64,000 bases of DNA, taken from positions 20,412-84,411 of the forward strand of contig JACPMX010000006.1 of the NCBI GenBank assembly GCA_016185755.1. Reading direction: 5' to 3'. The position numbers and the translations under genes are program-made. Source of the DNA: Candidatus Woesearchaeota archaeon. GTDB lineage: Archaea > Nanobdellota > Nanobdellia > Woesearchaeales > GW2011-AR4. Position 1 is the first letter of the stretch, and every line of letters begins with the position of its first letter. The notes under the pieces are model-generated. The model had not been told where the DNA came from and did not search any database. It was given only the letters and a program-made list of their open reading frames with translations. Below are positions 59,269 to 64,000 of this stretch, piece by piece.

Positions 59269-61725
59269 TTATTTATACTGCAGGTTTTCCCTGTACCTTC
59301 TTATGGCTATCTCGCCCAAAAACAGCAGCATCGCGATGATTGCAAGCGGCCACCTGTAATCCGTTGACTCAATTTTTATTCTTTTCGATTTTGCCCTTAC
59401 AAATTCTATGATTCCCTTTGTGTCGCCCGGGTCAAAAACTTTCCCTCCTGTCTTGTCGACAAGGCTCGTAAAGTCCTCATTTATCCCGAGGTTTGCGTAC
59501 TCGTCATTGTAATTGGTTGCAAAAGTCGCCCCCAAAATCTCCTTGAACCCGGTTTCTTTCGATGCATATGAAGACGAGTATAAGTTTGTGTCTATCTTGG
59601 CAAAAGCAAGCCCCTCTGAGCCGGGCATTTCCCTTGTTATTACATTGACGCTTGTGGATTTCCCCAAAACAGTGTCCCTTATCGTCACATCATAGGATTT
59701 TTTCCTTCCCAAGTCCCCTATTGCCCAGTTTATGCTTTTTGTCAGCAGTTTTGAGTTCTTCTTGTTCAGCAATTCCCCTGCCCACTTGGTGCCGTCGTCG
59801 GTTGTTACAGTCACGACCCTTCCAAGGCCGAAGCGCCATACAACCAGTATCGGGATATTTTTGTGAGTAGTTACAAGCAATCTTGCAGCAGGCTTCGGCA
59901 CGACATAGTTGTATCCTGAAACAGTCGCATGCATGTCGTCAAGCGCAAAGGTTATGAAATGAGTGGTGTCTATGGGAATCAGTGTATTGTAGAATTCCTC
60001 TCCTTTTGCCTCGTCCTTGTCTGCAAATTCAACCTTCAATTTGTTTGAGGCATCAGTCTTGTAATAGATTCCGCCTCCAAGAGTAGCCATGTTTGCAAGG
60101 AATAAATTGTTGTCCGTTGATAAATCATCTGTGTCGGTCCCTACCCCGACTACAAAAACCTTGACGCCTTTTGCATTTACGCTTCTTACAACGCTTAAAG
60201 TGTCTTCCCTCAGCTTGCCGTAAGTTGTCTTGCCGTCGCTGATGAAAATGATGTTCTTGCTTCCCCCGACAGTGCTCAGCATCCTGAAGGCCCCCTCTAT
60301 TCCGAGATTGAAGTAAGACTGCCCGTCAAATTTCAGCCTGGATATTTTTTCCTTCAGCTCCTTCTTGTGCTCCTTCAGCGGCTTTATCTCTGCTATCTGG
60401 TAAGCCTGCGTGCTGAAGGCAACAGCGCCTACATTGTTTTTCTCGCTGAGGCTGTCTATGACGCTTAACGCAAGGGCCTTTTCAACAGCCACATAATCCT
60501 CTGTCCCATGGGATATGTCAATAACAACAACAACGTTTATGTCGCTCTTGTTCTGCTCTTCTCCTGCTCCAATTTTTACAGGAAGCAGGGTTTCAAGCAA
60601 AGTTCCCTTGTAGCCGCCCCTCTCGAATGAATTCTCGCCCCCTACAAAAATAAGGCCGTTCCCGTCTGAAACATAATCGCTAAGCATATTCACTGAAGAG
60701 GTTAATTTTGCAATTCTCAGGTCATTTACGATGACTGCCATGTAGTCGGACAAATCATTTGGAACATTATTCTTGACGTCAAGCTCGTATATCTTGTCAA
60801 GCTCCTGCGCCAGGGGCGAATTTTTTTCCGTCAGGTAAAGGACTTTCGGCCTTGGCACTATCTTGATGCTCTTGTAAAATATGTTGTTGTCCTTGAAATA
60901 ATCATTACCTTTGATGTCAATCAGCTTTGCCGTCAGCTTGTGGTATTCTCCTTCAGGAAATCTCCTTGAGAAGGCGAAACTCCTTGAGCCGCTGGCCTCT
61001 TCCTCGAGCACAAGCCCTGTGCTGTCAATTGTGACCTGCAGGGTGTATTGCACGTTTTTCCCGACAGATGAGACTCTTACGACAAAATCCCCTTCAGTGT
61101 CCTTTATCAGCTCAGGAGGGCCTTCGATTACAACACCCACATCATTATTTACCGGCTCCATCCTTAACGTGCTGACCGATGAGTTTATGTTTGAAGCGAA
61201 AAGCATTATGTCCCCAAGCAGCTTCCCCTCATTGTTTGCCCCGTCTGTTATCACCATTACATTGTCTTCCCCTTCTATGTTGTTGAGGATTCCGTTTCCT
61301 ATCGCGGAGTGCTCGCCGCTTGCAATTGTCCTTATGTTAACGGGGATCGTCCCTTCCAGTTTTTTGTACAGGTCATATGCAATTCCGGGATTGTAAAGCA
61401 CCATGGAGCTGGAATTGTCTACAAGAATCGTGAGCCTTGGGTCCCCCTGCACGGACTTGCTTTCCAGCACGAAAGGGGATGCAATCGCAACCATCAGGAA
61501 GGCAAGCGCAAGGCTCCTTAAGGTAAGTATTATCCTCCTGTCGGTCTTTTTTGTTTTCAGGTAAGCTTCAAGCTCAAGCCTGTTGCCGAACTTTACAAAT
61601 GTTTTTCTTGTGAACCAGAAAATAAGCAAAAGCACCGGAACGATTGCTATTAGCACATAGGAGTATCTTACGCAGTACTTCGATACGCAGTAAATGCTGC
61701 TGTAGTCAGGTATTACGAAGCTCAC
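59269..61725 (-). CDS. Membrane-anchored double-vWA protein with GATase-like region
   Basis: DNSSSM/ITDG and DISHG/ISDG MIDAS-like motifs, GG..SF..GGY...LE.LLPV, WRFGLGRV; TM helices at both ends. Confidence 0.85.
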   Translation of the reverse strand: MSFVIPDYSSIYCVSKYCVRYSYVLIAIVPVLLLIFWFTRKTFVKFGNRLELEAYLKTKKTDRRIILTLRSLALAFLMVAIASPFVLESKSVQGDPRLTILVDNSSSMVLYNPGIAYDLYKKLEGTIPVNIRTIASGEHSAIGNGILNNIEGEDNVMVITDGANNEGKLLGDIMLFASNINSSVSTLRMEPVNNDVGVVIEGPPELIKDTEGDFVVRVSSVGKNVQYTLQVTIDSTGLVLEEEASGSRSFAFSRRFPEGEYHKLTAKLIDIKGNDYFKDNNIFYKSIKIVPRPKVLYLTEKNSPLAQELDKIYELDVKNNVPNDLSDYMAVIVNDLRIAKLTSSVNMLSDYVSDGNGLIFVGGENSFERGGYKGTLLETLLPVKIGAGEEQNKSDINVVVVIDISHGTEDYVAVEKALALSVIDSLSEKNNVGAVAFSTQAYQIAEIKPLKEHKKELKEKISRLKFDGQSYFNLGIEGAFRMLSTVGGSKNIIFISDGKTTYGKLREDTLSVVRSVNAKGVKVFVVGVGTDTDDLSTDNNLFLANMATLGGGIYYKTDASNKLKVEFADKDEAKGEEFYNTLIPIDTTHFITFALDDMHATVSGYNYVVPKPAARLLVTTHKNIPILVVWRFGLGRVVTVTTDDGTKWAGELLNKKNSKLLTKSINWAIGDLGRKKSYDVTIRDTVLGKSTSVNVITREMPGSEGLAFAKIDTNLYSSSYASKETGFKEILGATFATNYNDEYANLGINEDFTSLVDKTGGKVFDPGDTKGIIEFVRAKSKRIKIESTDYRWPLAIIAMLLFLGEIAIRRYRENLQYK

Positions 61726-63596
61726 AGGTCACCCCTTCTTTTTATGTAGAAAAATTCACCGAGCATGAGCAGGAAAGCAAGCAGGAGTATCGGCAGCTCA
61801 AGGTTGAAGTCATGCTCTTTGCTTTCCCTCTCCAGGATCTGCTCTCTTGCCTTGCGCGACTCCACTTTTGAAGAAATGCCCACACTGGATTCTTTCTCGT
61901 CAAGTAGGTTGACGGCATATTTCTTCGCGCCTATTTCGTAAATGCCGACTTCGTCCATCAGCAGCTTTGAGGTTGTGACGGTTGAAGACGGGGTTTTTAC
62001 TTTCTGCTCCCCTATCGTGAATATCTTGCCTGTCTTGTGGTTGTAGTCTTTTATGTCCTCTGCCCCCACCATGAAATTGATGAGCGAGCTCCAGAATATG
62101 GGGTATGATGGCAGCGTCCTGAAATCGCTTGACTCGTCGAAAATGCCGTAATAAGCGACCTTGCCGTTTTTCCTCTCCCCATACACAACAAGGGGGGTCT
62201 TGTCATCAGCTGAAGCGAAAGTTATCATTCCTTTTTTAGCCTCGGCGCCAAAGTAAGACGCTGTCGTCGTGAAGCATCTTTCCTTTTCAAACTGCTTTGT
62301 TATCTGGTTTATAGTTTCCACGCAGACTTTTGTCGGCTTGTTTATCTTGATTTTCAATTCGACACTCGGAAGGCTTTTCATGCTTATCTCCTTCATATCT
62401 TCCTGCGCCGCTATTATAAGATTTCCTCCCTTTTCGACATATTCCTCTATATCGTCGAATGTTCCCGGCACAATGCCGTCCCTTTTGTTGACATTGTTGA
62501 TTTTGTAGACTATTATCATGTCGTGCTTGTACGGCTCTATCTTTTCCTTCCTTGTGTTTATTGTAAGCACAGGGGGATTGACCACATTGAGCTCGATGTC
62601 TTTTGCAGCCCCCAAAGCAGACTCAAGATTGCTGTTTTTCTCATTTGTTATGAGCAGCACGCTGTTTTTTATCTTTGGCGGGGTTGCTATGTATGCAACA
62701 TCATCCAATTCAAGGTCGTCTTTGGGGTCAAGCTCGACTTTGGAAACTCCTGCAGGCGTGTCAAAGATGAAATTTTCAACCGAGTTTGGGGCGATTCTTA
62801 CATTTGTCTGGGTTATGACCTTGCCGTCCTTGACCAGCTTTATTACAACCTGCTTCTGCTCGCTGTTGAAGTTCTTGACATAGACTTTTGTGTTGTATTT
62901 TGTGGCTTCAAGCCTTATTATTCCCGCATTTTTTGCATTGTTTGAAACATCCACAAAATCAACCAGCTTGTCCTCTGCAGACAAAGTAGTCCTGACAACC
63001 TCTATGTCCGGGCCCTCTGTTGCAAGAAAATCGCTCAGCACCACGATCCTGCCCGGCTTGTCGCCAAGCATGTCCTTTGCAAGCAGCAAAGCATCCCCGA
63101 GATTAGTTGTCGTGGCCCTTGGCCTGATTTTTGACAGCACGTCAAGCGCAACATCGGAATTTTCATTTTCAAGCACTATCAGGGGGGTGTTTTCGGCCAT
63201 TATTATGCTGTTCTTGCCGCTCACTGCCTTTTTTGCCTCGTCCAGCGCCCTGTCGAACCTTGAAACACCTTTTTCTTTTGCCTGCATTGAAGCGCTCACG
63301 TCCAGTATTATGACTGTGTTTTCCAAAGTCACGTCATATTTCAGCTTGGCAAACGGTGCAGCCGCGACTAGTGACAAGCCGAGTATCGCGAGCAGCTGCA
63401 TGAGGAAAAGCAGGTTTGTCATCAGCTTCTGGAAGAAAGAGTACTGGTTTGACCTCTTTTTGTCCTGCATTATGAACATCAGCGAGGGTATTATCTTGTC
63501 CTGCGGCTTCGGCCTCCTGAGATAGAGTATGACAAACACGCCTACTGCTGCCAAAGCCAATAGCCCAAGCGGCCTATGGAAAGGTAAGGTCACCAT
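61722..63596 (-). CDS. BatA-domain/vWA membrane protein
   Basis: LYL.RP.P....PSLMF BatA N-terminus, DVSASM, LSDF, YPIFW and C-terminal TM helix ending RRGDL. Confidence 0.88.
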   Translation of the reverse strand: MVTLPFHRPLGLLALAAVGVFVILYLRRPKPQDKIIPSLMFIMQDKKRSNQYSFFQKLMTNLLFLMQLLAILGLSLVAAAPFAKLKYDVTLENTVIILDVSASMQAKEKGVSRFDRALDEAKKAVSGKNSIIMAENTPLIVLENENSDVALDVLSKIRPRATTTNLGDALLLAKDMLGDKPGRIVVLSDFLATEGPDIEVVRTTLSAEDKLVDFVDVSNNAKNAGIIRLEATKYNTKVYVKNFNSEQKQVVIKLVKDGKVITQTNVRIAPNSVENFIFDTPAGVSKVELDPKDDLELDDVAYIATPPKIKNSVLLITNEKNSNLESALGAAKDIELNVVNPPVLTINTRKEKIEPYKHDMIIVYKINNVNKRDGIVPGTFDDIEEYVEKGGNLIIAAQEDMKEISMKSLPSVELKIKINKPTKVCVETINQITKQFEKERCFTTTASYFGAEAKKGMITFASADDKTPLVVYGERKNGKVAYYGIFDESSDFRTLPSYPIFWSSLINFMVGAEDIKDYNHKTGKIFTIGEQKVKTPSSTVTTSKLLMDEVGIYEIGAKKYAVNLLDEKESSVGISSKVESRKAREQILERESKEHDFNLELPILLLAFLLMLGEFFYIKRRGDL

Positions 63597-63739
63597 TTTT
63601 GCTTTTTATTTTGTTATGTTATTTTTTTAATTTTTTGTTGTTATATTTTATTTTTTCGTTAATGGGTTTTCGTTATTGTGTTTTTGTTAATGTTAATCGT
63701 CAATGGCTTTTCATTTTTTGATTTTCTTTCAATCGCATC

Positions 63740-63806
63740 TTAAATCCGCCTTCGGCAAATTTTAGTGCTCGGCTCGTTCCTTTCTGCCATTGAAACTCGC
63801 CTCGCT
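63740..63806 (-). repeat. Structured dispersed repeat, copy C
   Basis: AGCGAGGC..TGGCA..GCCGAGCACTAAA ATTT GCC-GAA-GGC GGATTTAA. Confidence 0.8.
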
Positions 63807-63839
63807 GATTTATTCATTTATATATTATTGAAAACAATT

Positions 63840-64000
63840 TCACCTCTTCCTCTTTTTGCTGAACACAAGGCTCACAAGCTCCTTCGGGTTCACGAGGTCC
63901 TTGACAAGTATCAGTATGCCGTTGAACTCATACCAGAACACTTCCGATTCCGAATTTATCTTCAGGTCCTGCCTTGCCTCCTGCGGCAGGGTCAGCTGCC
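63840..64000 (-). CDS. AbrB/MazE/SpoVT-family DNA-binding protein (5' end outside the window)
   Basis: Hand translation QLTLPQEARQDLKINSESEVFWYEFNGILILVKDL...KKRKR*. Confidence 0.75.
   Translation of the reverse strand, partial: QLTLPQEARQDLKINSESEVFWYEFNGILILVKDLVNPKELVSLVFSKKRKR

Noticed and set aside
59179-59367. 62-aa hydrophobic plus-strand ORF
   Set aside because: It is a by-product of the T-rich spacer and overlaps the end of the vWA gene.

Overview
A gene-dense archaeal chromosome segment. Class I LysRS, aIF2-alpha, Nop10, L44e, S27e, GINS, prefoldin, PurP and an S-layer protein mark it as archaeal; a DPANN/Woesearchaeota-like assignment is my inference. It is rich in biosynthetic genes: a DapL-type lysine and threonine cluster, NPN (nickel-pincer) cofactor genes larBCE with a Ni transporter and NikR but no larA, and de novo purine genes. 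It also has lower glycolysis genes, three intact toxin-antitoxin pairs plus TA and transposase remnants, two tRNAs with introns at non-canonical positions, a Tat-exported class A beta-lactamase-like protein and an AbrB-headed MoxR/vWA/DUF58 operon. Several signals are missing from the ORF track. (1) A dispersed ~70-nt structured repeat (4 full copies, 1 partial) with covarying C-GAA-G hairpins and tandem G-A pairs. (2) A 42-aa acidic peptide starting with a PCNA-binding PIP-box. (3) A PD-(D/E)xK nuclease ORF that seems to start at ATC. (4) A candidate small ncRNA upstream of GINS. In addition, a shikimate-kinase-like gene sits between hom and thrC where a homoserine kinase would be expected. 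All calls come from reading motifs by eye; no database searches were run.
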